Virus record (IMG/VR): IMGVR_UViG_3300020325_000055
Span: 1-30,494 of that record
Source of the DNA: a virus
Taxonomy: Duplodnaviria; Caudoviricetes
DNA length: 30,494 bases
Direction: 5' to 3' (one strand)
In this document: one piece after another, positions 9,107-17,906 of the stretch
Position numbering within the stretch: position 1 is the stretch's first letter
Layout: each line of letters starts with the position of its first letter
Notes under the pieces: model-generated
Told to the model about the DNA's origin: nothing
The model's database searches: none
The model's input: the letters and a program-made list of their open reading frames with translations, nothing else
Translations under genes and position numbers: made by a program

Positions 9107-10276
9107 CTATTCCATCATAAAACGGGCACGACGACGCGCATCTCTACGCATTACCCTGTCCGTGTAACCGTGACCGTTAATTTCTGGTCGTAAGTTACGC
9201 CTTTTCATCTCATCACCAATTTCGTCGGCAGCACTTATAGCTTCTGCTGCCAGCGACTTATCGATAGGCATGTATCTTTTTGCCTCTTCGTAATTCATCA
9301 TCATTTCTTGCTGTAGTTCACGATTACTTCGTTGACCGAATAGTTCGGCAGAAGCAGCTCGACCAAGAAAGCCAGCGTTTAATCTTGCATCCCCAGTATC
9401 GTACATATGCTTGAAAACTTTTTTCACATCAGAAAGAGCGTCATAGTAACTTTGCTCATCTGCACCATACGTAAGCTCAGAATATCCAGTATCGTTATCA
9501 CCAACCAGTACGCTGTAGATACCATCTCGTCCTTGCTCGACTGCAACAGAACCGCCAATTCTATCTTGCACATCTCTAGGAAGTGATGCTCTGTAACTTT
9601 CCATAGCATTTCTTGCCATCTCGGAAGTCATGTACGAACGTATATCGTCATGCTTTCTTTGAAGATGCTCTGGTGTTTTATTACCACGCATATCTGTAGA
9701 CAGTTTCATTTTGCTATCTACATAAGCCATGCCCGAAGTACCCATTGGTGAGCCTAGATTTAATGTGGCTTTACTTCCTGCGACTGGGTGCATGTGTCGA
9801 ATATCTGCCCAACGCCAATTACCTAACGAGCCTGATTGTCTAGGAGACATACTTGCCTCAACTCTATCTACAATCTTTGCTTCTTCGGGCGTTACATGGA
9901 TAGACTGTCTCCCATCGCTTTCCATGTTTTGTTTTATAATGTCACCGTCCATATCCATAATCCCATGTATTTGTTCAGACCGTTCGTTTAATTCTGTGCC
10001 GCTTTCGTACATAGGCCAAAGCCCTTGATCGATTTCACTTTTCCAATGCTCATAAGCCTGTTGCTCAGTAAGCGGCTTATCAGGGTCAACACTTGGCACC
10101 CAACCTGGCACTGATACGAACTTGCCTTTGTACGGCCCGTCTGGAATTTCAATGCCCGTAGAAAAGACAGTGATTGGCCTGCCTTTATTATCCGTACCAA
10201 CAAGACCAGAGGCGGCTGAGTTGTTGTGATACTCAACCAACCTTTGTTCAAGTTTGGTAAGGCCAACATCAGACAT
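9107..10276 (-). CDS. Hypothetical protein (389 aa)
   Basis: Long ORF overlapping the upstream fibre gene by 8 nt; no family recognised. Confidence 0.7.
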   Translation of the reverse strand: MSDVGLTKLEQRLVEYHNNSAASGLVGTDNKGRPITVFSTGIEIPDGPYKGKFVSVPGWVPSVDPDKPLTEQQAYEHWKSEIDQGLWPMYESGTELNERSEQIHGIMDMDGDIIKQNMESDGRQSIHVTPEEAKIVDRVEASMSPRQSGSLGNWRWADIRHMHPVAGSKATLNLGSPMGTSGMAYVDSKMKLSTDMRGNKTPEHLQRKHDDIRSYMTSEMARNAMESYRASLPRDVQDRIGGSVAVEQGRDGIYSVLVGDNDTGYSELTYGADEQSYYDALSDVKKVFKHMYDTGDARLNAGFLGRAASAELFGQRSNRELQQEMMMNYEEAKRYMPIDKSLAAEAISAADEIGDEMKRRNLRPEINGHGYTDRVMRRDARRRARFMME

Positions 10277-11837
10277 TCGTAATTACAGCAGCTAACGTCA
10301 CCTCGATGTCGGTTACGCTGTTAGCAGATGTAACGGTAAATGCGACTTCACGAGATGTTGTGGTTGCGTCGATAGCGATTGATGCAGACAAGTTTTGCTC
10401 AGTAAGTGTTGAGCTAACTGGGATTACATCCCCTGCGTTAATACCGTTAATCTTTAACTGTATGTTCGCTGTGCCCGATGTTGTCTTTGCAGCAATAGCA
10501 TCTATTCGTACGTTTTGTTTAAATGCCCTTGTTACTACGTAGTCTTGGTTGCTTATTGATCCGCTTTCTTGGAAAAAGAACGAACGCGTAGCAAACGTAT
10601 CAGGAAGCTGTGCAATAGGTAATCGACCAGTTGCATCTAAGCCTGCAACACCATCAGCAGCCCCGATGTAAGTTTTGGGTACGAGTGCTGTAAAGTCTAC
10701 GTCAGCAAATTCTAACCCACCACCCGTAGAGTTTACGCGTAGAAATTGGAGCGCGTTAATTGTAGTAAATGCAGGAATACCTGTATCTGGTGATGTAAGC
10801 AGCCAACCTGTACCGTTGTAAAACTTGAGCACGTTTGGCGATGCTGCAATGTCCACCCACATGTCACCAGCATTTGCTGATGAAGGCTCTGATGGAGATA
10901 CGTATACACGACCTCGGTTTGCTAGTAATCCAGAAAGACCATTGATTTTTTGCTGTGGAACTTCATCGTCTGATATGGCTAATTTAGCAAAAGGTATGAA
11001 GCCGTTTGCATCTGTAAACTTATCTTCTGTCATTAAGCCTGAGACACGAACCTGTGAGGTATCCTCAACAATAATAAATGTTACGAGATCATTTTGTGTA
11101 AGTGCGCTCGTAAACGTGATCGTACTGTTAGCAGGCTGCTGCGTGTAATCGTTTGTACCGCCTTGACGTTGTAGCACGCCGTTTCGATATACGAGAACTT
11201 TTTGATCTTCGTTGTGTACGAACGGAAACACAGCTTGAGATATACCAGCCAAAACATCTTCACGAGTAAATCCACTGTCATTTGCAGACTGTACTTTGTA
11301 GATTGTGACAAGATCATCAGCTTGAGTAGCATCATTCAGCGTTACTGTATTAGCTGCTGGGTCATTACTGTGGTCAGACGCAGCAAGCAAAGCACCGTTT
11401 AAATATATAACAATAGCATCTGCTGCTTCGTGTATATAATTAAAAACTGTTGTGCCAGTTGGGTACGCAATAGCGCCGTTACTATCTGCCTCGTTGATTA
11501 CGATGTCTTGTCTTGCAGAGAACAAGGGCGCACCGATTGTACCAACATCTGACCCAGATGTACCTCTGAGTTCGGCGGCAGTAGCTAGTGGTTTCCATCC
11601 TGTTTCTGCATCGATGTAACTCCCGACACGGTACTCCAAACCATTAATATTATCGTTTCGCAACTCTACTGGTGCTATCAATGTACCTGTGTCATCGAAG
11701 AGAACCTTCAACAATTCAGCTACGGTGTTATCACCAAGTTCTGATGAGTTCAGATAGCGCACAATGTTTTCTATGTCTGCGCCGATATTTCCCGAACTCG
11801 TATGGTTGCCTGGATACAGGACTTTTAAGCGAGCCAT
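10269..11837 (-). CDS. Tail fibre/appendage protein (522 aa; start revised from 12014 to 11837)
   Basis: AAGGAG precedes ATG 11837 (MARLKVLYPG), right after the nozzle stop. Two tandem domains of type VxxYxNG...D...T(V/I)T...DLVT; fibre motifs PSSANAGDMWVD...LKFYNGTGW and GVAGLDATGRLPIAQLP. Confidence 0.75.
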   Translation of the reverse strand: MARLKVLYPGNHTSSGNIGADIENIVRYLNSSELGDNTVAELLKVLFDDTGTLIAPVELRNDNINGLEYRVGSYIDAETGWKPLATAAELRGTSGSDVGTIGAPLFSARQDIVINEADSNGAIAYPTGTTVFNYIHEAADAIVIYLNGALLAASDHSNDPAANTVTLNDATQADDLVTIYKVQSANDSGFTREDVLAGISQAVFPFVHNEDQKVLVYRNGVLQRQGGTNDYTQQPANSTITFTSALTQNDLVTFIIVEDTSQVRVSGLMTEDKFTDANGFIPFAKLAISDDEVPQQKINGLSGLLANRGRVYVSPSEPSSANAGDMWVDIAASPNVLKFYNGTGWLLTSPDTGIPAFTTINALQFLRVNSTGGGLEFADVDFTALVPKTYIGAADGVAGLDATGRLPIAQLPDTFATRSFFFQESGSISNQDYVVTRAFKQNVRIDAIAAKTTSGTANIQLKINGINAGDVIPVSSTLTEQNLSASIAIDATTTSREVAFTVTSANSVTDIEVTLAAVITNV

Positions 11838-11838
11838 T

Positions 11839-13359
11839 TTATTTCTCCTTGTGTAGCAAAAATGCGAAACTGATGACCGTAACATCAGTATCGACGTCTT
11901 TATCCTCAGTACGGAAACGTAAACGTATACCGCGAAAGATATGGTTAAATGGGAAAGAGTAGTCTTGAACGAGCGGAGCATCGCCCCACTTTTTATCGCC
12001 TTCAATACGGTCAAGGTTCACCTCCACCGATCCAATGTCGGAGCCATTTTCATCCGTCATATCTATGTAAAACCGACCCCTACCTGTCGCCTGACAAATA
12101 AAGGTGTGGCATCTTTTTGTACCAAGAAAATCACCAAGCCAAAGCACGGGTGTTTCTGCGTTCATTGGTGATCTACGAAGATCCGATAAGCCTGTATCCT
12201 GTACGAACGTACGGGCAGTTGCTTCGTAAACGCCGTCTGCCGTACCAAACATTAATCTGCCGCCCAAGAATGTGCCGCATCTTGGCAACAGTGTATCGCC
12301 AAGCTGATAGTTTACGAGTTCGTAACCAGCTCGAAAGTTCATACTCAAACGCTGCGTTTGGTTTCCGCCAGGTCTAGGAAAGAATACGTGATATGTTTGC
12401 GTATCTGGATCGTACACAGCAGATATAGTTTCTGGATCAGGAGTTGTTCGTACAAGCTCCTGATACAAAGGCTCGACCTCATCAGACAAAGATGCTTCAG
12501 CAATCGTGATACCGTTTTGCTCAGATCGCATGATCGAGTGAATACCGCGTCGTGAACAGAACAATAAGTCTGATCCAGCATTTACGATTGTGTTATGGGC
12601 TATACACCCAATACGTAAGTTAGCTCGGCTATCGAGTTGCCATTGCTCAAAGTCTGGGTCGATGATGTAAACAAGTGTCTGATCTTTTGTAAACACAGCA
12701 AGACGGTTTGCTTCGAACGTACCCATTCCTACTATCTCATCGGCAGTACCGATCAAGTTAGATATATCGATAAACGCTGCTCTCGTTACCTCTTCAGTTG
12801 GTGCTTCTTCTTCTAGAAAGATGTCTGGGTTATCTACACGAGAAAACTCTACTGTAGTTGGCCTGTCTTTAAATCCAGCCACTGCTAAACGACGCTGAAT
12901 GGGAACGCCAAACTTAGGTTTGATAGACGCAGTAGATGTAGAGAACTCAAACCCATCATAACGATACATTCTTGTGTCTTGATTAAAGACGTGAACTTTA
13001 CCTTGAAAGTTTGTCATCGAGACAACAGCATCTTTTTTAAAAGCGTCTCTGAGCTGATGACCTCTATCTGAGGACAAGTGGGTTCCAGCAGCATCTTCTT
13101 CTGCAAAGCAAACACCATCTCGGTTATAGAAACGTAAGCATTTTACAGGAAAACGATTAGAGCCTTTATGCAAATAGAAAGCTGGGTCACGAATAAGCTG
13201 CCCTCGATAATCAACAAAGCAGTTATCTAGCTGCCAGAAATTTTGATCTTTCTCTGTTTCCAGAGCAGTAATATCACGCGACCTATCAATACCACGAAAG
13301 CCGAAGTAACTTCGGCTGTCTGATTTTACTGCTATTGGAGAGTATGAAAGTCTCGACAT
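11839..13359 (-). CDS. Tail nozzle / tail tubular protein B-like (506 aa)
   Basis: Beta-rich; FxGID start, RLAVAG...VEFS, IGCIAHNTIV...LLFCSRRGI motifs typical of podovirus propeller nozzle proteins; follows the adaptor gene. Confidence 0.7.
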   Translation of the reverse strand: MSRLSYSPIAVKSDSRSYFGFRGIDRSRDITALETEKDQNFWQLDNCFVDYRGQLIRDPAFYLHKGSNRFPVKCLRFYNRDGVCFAEEDAAGTHLSSDRGHQLRDAFKKDAVVSMTNFQGKVHVFNQDTRMYRYDGFEFSTSTASIKPKFGVPIQRRLAVAGFKDRPTTVEFSRVDNPDIFLEEEAPTEEVTRAAFIDISNLIGTADEIVGMGTFEANRLAVFTKDQTLVYIIDPDFEQWQLDSRANLRIGCIAHNTIVNAGSDLLFCSRRGIHSIMRSEQNGITIAEASLSDEVEPLYQELVRTTPDPETISAVYDPDTQTYHVFFPRPGGNQTQRLSMNFRAGYELVNYQLGDTLLPRCGTFLGGRLMFGTADGVYEATARTFVQDTGLSDLRRSPMNAETPVLWLGDFLGTKRCHTFICQATGRGRFYIDMTDENGSDIGSVEVNLDRIEGDKKWGDAPLVQDYSFPFNHIFRGIRLRFRTEDKDVDTDVTVISFAFLLHKEK

Positions 13360-13898
13360 TAATAACTGCCCGAACTAGAGGAAGAGCCTGACGAACTAGA
13401 AGAAGGATTGCCGCCCGTAGCTGCAACCGTTTTTGTAGCTGTAGTGTCAGTCGTTTTCTTTGTGGAAGGTGGGCAATACGACGTATTACTGCCACCGTCT
13501 GTTATACTACGTTGATAAGATTTGTTACCGTACGCACGTTCGTGAAGTATGTTCGCCATATTTGCTTGGTATAGCTGTAAGAAAACCATAGCTTTCTCAC
13601 TGCCTTGTTGGATAAAGTAGTGAGCTGTTAAGCCGTCGATCACAATCATATCTGGGATTGGTCTAATTTCAGTGATGTCATTGTAGTAATCTATGTCACC
13701 ACCCTCCCAATAAGGGTGTTGGCGTATGTCCTCGATCACTCGGTTAGCAAGCTCGATCATTAACATCATAACTTCACCATCGACCCTCGATGGCGAGAAG
13801 TTACCAGCACGCACTAAGGCAGAGCGTACGAGATTTTCTAAGGGCGAATGATCGCCCCGTCCTGCCGCAAACGGCTTCTGTACGCTCTTCTCTGCCAT
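13359..13898 (-). CDS. Head-tail adaptor / tail tubular protein A-like (179 aa)
   Basis: Helical pattern (LVRSALVRAG...ANRVIEDI...PYW) and position between capsid and nozzle genes; Ser/Thr-rich C-terminal tail. Confidence 0.6.
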   Translation of the reverse strand: MAEKSVQKPFAAGRGDHSPLENLVRSALVRAGNFSPSRVDGEVMMLMIELANRVIEDIRQHPYWEGGDIDYYNDITEIRPIPDMIVIDGLTAHYFIQQGSEKAMVFLQLYQANMANILHERAYGNKSYQRSITDGGSNTSYCPPSTKKTTDTTATKTVAATGGNPSSSSSGSSSSSGSY

Positions 13899-14254
13899 TA
13901 ATCTTCCTCTGCGTTAATAACGCGGCCTGACCAGACCATGTGATGCTTCATCATCATTTCTGTTAGATCGCTTGGAACTCGCCAACTTACATGTTCCCGT
14001 GCGCCGTCCCAGATACCCGTAACTCTGGTTTCGCCTATACGAAGGTCATAAACTGAACTCTCAGGATTAGCTGACACAAACATTGTGAAAGCACTTCCGC
14101 TTGGTTTAGGAGCAGCCTTTTTTGACTTTGCTTTCTTGGAAGCCTTCTCTCTGCTTTCAGACTTATCTTCGACCCATGCCTCGTTTACATCAGGGGTACT
14201 AGGATCGTCGCCAATAAGCTGTCCCTTTTCGTTTCTTGCGCGTTTCTTCGCCAT
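13898..14254 (-). CDS. Hypothetical protein (118 aa) with RARxxKGxxxxDDPxTPDVNEAW motif
   Basis: GAGGAG RBS; TAATG coupling to the adaptor gene. Confidence 0.7.
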   Translation of the reverse strand: MAKKRARNEKGQLIGDDPSTPDVNEAWVEDKSESREKASKKAKSKKAAPKPSGSAFTMFVSANPESSVYDLRIGETRVTGIWDGAREHVSWRVPSDLTEMMMKHHMVWSGRVINAEED

Positions 14255-14282
14255 AAAGTTCTCCTCGTAAAATTGCTCTTCA

Positions 14283-14313
14283 TTTATGAAGTTTATTTGC
14301 GGCTCAGTCGTCC
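14283..14313 (-). promoter_or_regulatory. Putative late promoter (GGACGAC-N18-CATAAA)
   Basis: GGACGAC at 14313-14307, just downstream of the capsid terminator; heads the tail genes. Confidence 0.7.
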
Positions 14314-14318
14314 TTATT

Positions 14319-14351
14319 GCAAAAGGGCCACGCGAGAAGCGCAGCCCTTTC
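14319..14351 (-). terminator. Intrinsic terminator after the major capsid gene
   Basis: AAAGGGCTGCGC-TTCTC-GCGTGGCCCTTTT: 12-bp stem with two G-U pairs and a short U tract. Confidence 0.75.
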
Positions 14352-14373
14352 GTTTAACAGCTTATGGGAGGAG

Positions 14374-15537
14374 TTAAGCTGTTGCGTTCCAACCTTTGAT
14401 GTACGCATGGGTTTTGTCTTGCAAGAGTTCCAAACCACATTCGGTGAGGTACTCGTGCTTGACAGCATCCATATCGTTTGACTGGCGATCACGTAGCAAC
14501 TGAGTGTCGCGACCTTCCATGAAACGGTACTTGAGGTGTGGGAAGTCGATGATGACTGCCGCGTTTTCCATGCCTGGAACTTGACGGAATTGAGGGTGTA
14601 GATGCACCATCAAGTCGCCTGCGAACGTAGCATAGCGAGTTAAGTTCACACCGTATGTGCCCTCAACTACAGTTGGCTGCCAGCGATCTTTACCAAACTT
14701 CTGTAAGTGGCCTGCAACTTTTGCACCACAGAACATGATCTTCTGATTGCTTCCGAAAGCGAAAACATCTTCGATCAATGATCGGTCAAACTGATCTTCT
14801 GTCATAACGCCAGAAGCAGTTGATCGGTCATTTACGTTTGTGATGGTGTTGATTAGTCCACCTGTGAAGCGAGTTGGTTGAGCAGTAGACCCGTTTGCTT
14901 CGTTCTTCTTACCGAAGAACATAGCTCGCTCAATATCCTGCATGTGCAGTTTAAGAGCTTTCGTAGCCATCTCGTCCTCTTTATCGCCTGTACGAAGATT
15001 GGTCGCACGCAAAGTTTCGGTTACGGTAAATGCCGTACGAAAGATTTGTGTGAAGTTCTCAGCAACCGTCGCATCAAATGAGATGCCAGTTGGTGATGTC
15101 GCGCCTTCTTCGTACGCTGTGCCTGCGATGAATAGATTTGCACCATCGGCAATAGCAGCAGCGCCTCCGCCAATACCACGCTCAACTGTTAAAGCTGTAG
15201 CAGTACTGTCGGCAGTACAACGCATTACTTCGTTTGTTGCTGAGTTCACAATAAGTGTACCAGCTACAGCAAAAGTTCCTGCATTGTTGTTAGTAATTGC
15301 AATAGTAGTAGCACTGTTTGTTGCAGCACCGTCAGCTACTAATGCGCGAGCAGGGAGTTCATCTCTGAAATTCTTAAAGGCAGGATCATCAGTGGCTTCT
15401 GATGAAGTCATTGATAACAAAGCGTTTAAGGGAGCGTTCCCATTTGGTTCCAAGAGTGTGAATAACTCTCGGTAATTTTTCGGGCGGAAGTCCGTTGTAA
15501 ACTGACCTGTTCCCCGAAGTCCTTGAATACCAGCCAT
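14374..15537 (-). CDS. Major capsid protein (HK97 fold, DUF5309/SU10-like) with inserted beta domain
   Basis: ENFTQIFR...VTET, DIERAMFFG, RFTGGL, YATFAGDL, EYLTECGLEL motifs; insertion with EVMRCTA...LTVERG; AAGGAG RBS; follows the scaffold gene. Confidence 0.9.
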   Translation of the reverse strand: MAGIQGLRGTGQFTTDFRPKNYRELFTLLEPNGNAPLNALLSMTSSEATDDPAFKNFRDELPARALVADGAATNSATTIAITNNNAGTFAVAGTLIVNSATNEVMRCTADSTATALTVERGIGGGAAAIADGANLFIAGTAYEEGATSPTGISFDATVAENFTQIFRTAFTVTETLRATNLRTGDKEDEMATKALKLHMQDIERAMFFGKKNEANGSTAQPTRFTGGLINTITNVNDRSTASGVMTEDQFDRSLIEDVFAFGSNQKIMFCGAKVAGHLQKFGKDRWQPTVVEGTYGVNLTRYATFAGDLMVHLHPQFRQVPGMENAAVIIDFPHLKYRFMEGRDTQLLRDRQSNDMDAVKHEYLTECGLELLQDKTHAYIKGWNATA

Positions 15538-15565
15538 TGCTAGTCTCCTTCTAGGTTAAGTTACT

Positions 15566-15664
15566 ATCTTCGAGGTACTCATGACCACGCGGTACAATCA
15601 CGCGAAAATCCTTCGTCCCTATATACAACATCGAAAAACAGAGCCGTAGCGCATATCGATATTG
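15566..15664 (-). promoter_or_regulatory. Structured 5' leader of the capsid mRNA
   Basis: Stem CAATATCGA/TCGATGTTG (15664-15626) with inner GC-UACG-GC; second stem ATTTTCG/CGAAGAT (15609-15566) enclosing CGTGATTG/TGGTCATG. Confidence 0.45.
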
Positions 15665-15669
15665 ATTTG

Positions 15670-15700
15670 ATATTGTCAGAAAAGTTTGTAGTGGTCGTCC
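15670..15700 (-). promoter_or_regulatory. Putative late promoter of the capsid gene (GGACGAC-N18-CAATAT)
   Basis: GGACGAC at 15700-15694, a few nt after the scaffold terminator. Confidence 0.7.
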
Positions 15701-15707
15701 CACTTAT

Positions 15708-15734
15708 AAAAAAAATCGGCCCGAAGGCCGACTT
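15708..15734 (-). terminator. Intrinsic terminator after the scaffold gene
   Basis: AGTCGGCC-TTCG-GGCCGATT stem with cUUCGg loop and 8 U. Confidence 0.9.
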
Positions 15735-15736
15735 TC

Positions 15737-16753
15737 TTAACCCATACGCTTATTCATTGCGTTTGCTGCAAGTCGTGCAAGGGTATCATCTCCGCCTGTT
15801 TCGGCTGCTTGGCTAGTAGGGCCACCTGATTGTGAACGTAAATACGCCTCACGACGAGCAGCCATTTCACGTATGCGCTCGAACTCTGGTGCGTTCATTT
15901 GGTTCTTAAAGTCATTTACGACTTTACTGGTAAGTCCCATGTCTGCGAAATCTTCAGCAGTATACCCACGTTCTAATGCGTACGCACGAAAATCATCGAG
16001 GGCTTCGTCAGGCAAGCCTGCTTGCTGCTGCGCCTTATCGAGATTATTTCGTATGGTATTAGCTATAGCATCTTCGCGAGATTGCATTGCCTCTTCTCGT
16101 GACTGATTGCCTTGCTGACCAGCCGCCATAGCTTGCTGCATGATGTTCTGGTTCATATTAACCATTTGACCCATCATTCTTTTCATTTCTGCTATTTCGC
16201 TATTCATTTGCTGGTATCCAGGTGGTAACGAGATAGCATTTTCATCTTCGTACTTCTGGAACTCTTCATTAAGCTTGGCAGATGCAGATGCCGCATCACC
16301 CTGTTGGGGTGCTACTGGTTGGGCTACTCCTTCTTGTTTCGGACGAGCCTGTCCCATCTGAGCATTTTTACTCATAGCCTTTAAGCCTGCTGCCATTAAC
16401 TTAGCAGCTTCTTCTGGGCCTTTACCTGTTTTTTCCATAATCAAGCCAGCAAGATCATTTACAGGTTTCATTTGTGCCTGCTTGAAATTGAGGTCACGAT
16501 ACCGTTCGTACGTACCAGCAATCTGTGACGGTGAAAGCTGACGGTCTTGATCGCCAATCTTCACGTTATAAATGATTGCCTCCGCTTGAGACTTATCGCC
16601 CTCAGTCTCAGGAGATGCAGCAGCTACCGCTTTTTCTTGCGGAGTTTCTGGCGCTTCCTTCGGCTCTGGTTTAGGTTCGGGAGCTGGCGCACCCATTTGT
16701 GCAGCAGCGATACGTGCTACCTGATCTGCGTCTTTTTCTGGTTGTCTAGCCAT
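15737..16753 (-). CDS. Capsid scaffolding protein (338 aa)
   Basis: Pro/Glu-rich disordered N-terminus, YNVKIGDQDRQLS motif, helical body, directly upstream of the capsid gene; AAAGGA RBS. Confidence 0.8.
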   Translation of the reverse strand: MARQPEKDADQVARIAAAQMGAPAPEPKPEPKEAPETPQEKAVAAASPETEGDKSQAEAIIYNVKIGDQDRQLSPSQIAGTYERYRDLNFKQAQMKPVNDLAGLIMEKTGKGPEEAAKLMAAGLKAMSKNAQMGQARPKQEGVAQPVAPQQGDAASASAKLNEEFQKYEDENAISLPPGYQQMNSEIAEMKRMMGQMVNMNQNIMQQAMAAGQQGNQSREEAMQSREDAIANTIRNNLDKAQQQAGLPDEALDDFRAYALERGYTAEDFADMGLTSKVVNDFKNQMNAPEFERIREMAARREAYLRSQSGGPTSQAAETGGDDTLARLAANAMNKRMG

Positions 16754-17030
16754 TGTCTATCCTTTCTGAGCGGCCTTGGCGGCTCGTGGCTTCTTCAAGT
16801 GAAAGCTCACCCTCTAGTTTGTGGATGAGCCGTTCGGGCAGATTGAGTAGTTGCTCTGCTGCCCATATTGCGCCTCGCTGAAAGTCCATCTGCTGTTGCG
16901 TCATTTCTTGAGTTCGAGCCATTGCAAGTGCGAGAGTTAGTATCTCTTCTCTCATTACTTCGTTTACGTGGCTCCAACCTTTACTTTCTGCGAGTTCAAT
17001 TATGTCTTTGACTTTGCTCTTGACGTTCAT
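16746..17030 (-). CDS. Small helical head-assembly protein (94 aa, Bbp19-like position and pattern)
   Basis: SKGW...DFQRGAIWAAEQLLNLP pattern, immediately before the scaffold gene. Confidence 0.55.
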   Translation of the reverse strand: MNVKSKVKDIIELAESKGWSHVNEVMREEILTLALAMARTQEMTQQQMDFQRGAIWAAEQLLNLPERLIHKLEGELSLEEATSRQGRSERIDNG

Positions 17031-17245
17031 GCTGATTTTTTCTTTTTACCTTTCTTCCAAGAAATCCTCTTGGAGCTTGTTTTCTTTCTTGCTGCGCTTG
17101 TGCATTGCGCTTTCGTAGGCCGACAGGCTGGGTAGGACTTACGCTTCTCACCCTTCTTACGACCACAGGGTTTCCCCGTTTTGCAGTCTATCCATCCCTT
17201 GCCGCCGTTCTGTGCAAACCATGTACGAAGATCATTTTTTGCCAC
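17027..17245 (-). CDS. Small basic Cys-containing protein (72 aa; GTG start preferred over 17275)
   Basis: MAKNDLRTWFAQNGGKGWIDCKTGKPCGRKKGEKRKSYPACRPTKAQC...KKGKKKKSA; overlaps both neighbours. Confidence 0.7.
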   Translation of the reverse strand: MAKNDLRTWFAQNGGKGWIDCKTGKPCGRKKGEKRKSYPACRPTKAQCTSAARKKTSSKRISWKKGKKKKSA

Positions 17246-17393
17246 GAGATTTATTACCCCAATTTTTAGCGCCAACCTTCCTACAACGTACTAAAGCACC
17301 ACTAGCATAAGCTGACGGGAAAACCTTGTATCTGGCCTTAACCTTGCTGTAGCAAGCATCCTTCTTTGCCGTTTTTTTCTTCTTGGCTGGCAT
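17232..17393 (-). CDS. Small basic protein (53 aa; not in the ORF track)
   Basis: Hand translation MPAKKKKTAKKDACYSKVKARYKVFPSAYASGALVRCRKVGAKNWGNKSRGKK; tiles the gap. Confidence 0.8.
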   Translation of the reverse strand: MPAKKKKTAKKDACYSKVKARYKVFPSAYASGALVRCRKVGAKNWGNKSRGKK

Positions 17394-17396
17394 GAC

Positions 17397-17489
17397 TTAG
17401 CCTTGCGTACACGGGCAGTCTTTGTGCTGCATGTTTCCTGTCTGAGTTTTTAAACCCAGCTTTTTTACTTCCTTAGATGTCTTAGCCAT
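17397..17489 (-). CDS. Microprotein (30 aa; not in the ORF track)
   Basis: MAKTSKEVKKLGLKTQTGNMQHKDCPCTQG; TAATG coupling upstream, 3-nt gap downstream. Confidence 0.6.
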   Translation of the reverse strand: MAKTSKEVKKLGLKTQTGNMQHKDCPCTQG

Positions 17490-17632
17490 TAGTAGCCCTT
17501 CTTCTTGCCAGTCTTTTTCTTCTTCTTCATGGCTGCTGCTTTTCTTCCAGAAAACTGTGATGCTCTGGCTTTCTTGGCGGCAGCCATTCCAGCTTTCGTA
17601 TACGGATATTTTTTACCACCTACTGTCGGCAT
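17489..17632 (-). CDS. Small basic protein (47 aa; not in the ORF track)
   Basis: MPTVGGKKYPYTKAGMAAAKKARASQFSGRKAAAMKKKKKTGKKKGY; GAGGAG RBS; no acidic residues. Confidence 0.8.
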   Translation of the reverse strand: MPTVGGKKYPYTKAGMAAAKKARASQFSGRKAAAMKKKKKTGKKKGY

Positions 17633-17633
17633 T

Positions 17634-17906
17634 TTACTTCTCCTCTGGGGGTTGCTTGGTTCCAAATAGGCGCATGTATGTCATGTCGCCTGAGTACGCC
17701 TCTGCCCATCGATTTTCTGTGTATGTAGCAAAGGTTATTAAGTCGGCTGTGTCGTTCCAAAGCTGTGTTATATCTTCATCAACTTTTGCGAGTGTGTTTT
17801 CGAGATGCTCGATCCTATGAGCTTGCTCGGATAGGTAGAACACCGCACCCACTGTCTGAGCTACGATAACGAACACGAGAGCTACTGGTACTTTGAGGTC
17901 GCCCAT
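17634..17906 (-). CDS. Small membrane-anchored coiled-coil protein (90 aa), possible lysis accessory
   Basis: N-terminal hydrophobic helix VPVALVFVIVAQTVGAVFYL followed by heptads. Confidence 0.55.
   Translation of the reverse strand: MGDLKVPVALVFVIVAQTVGAVFYLSEQAHRIEHLENTLAKVDEDITQLWNDTADLITFATYTENRWAEAYSGDMTYMRLFGTKQPPEEK

Noticed and set aside
11838-12014. 59-codon N-terminal extension of the fibre ORF
   Set aside because: Overlaps the nozzle gene; the RBS supports ATG 11837
14350-14400. Frameshift or read-through extension of the capsid protein
   Set aside because: TAA stop followed closely by a terminator; no slippery site or downstream open frame noticed
14942-15475. 177-aa plus-strand ORF
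   Set aside because: Antisense shadow of the capsid gene
15612-15618. GGACGAA variant of the late motif in the capsid leader
   Set aside because: One mismatch and no -10-like hexamer 18-19 nt downstream
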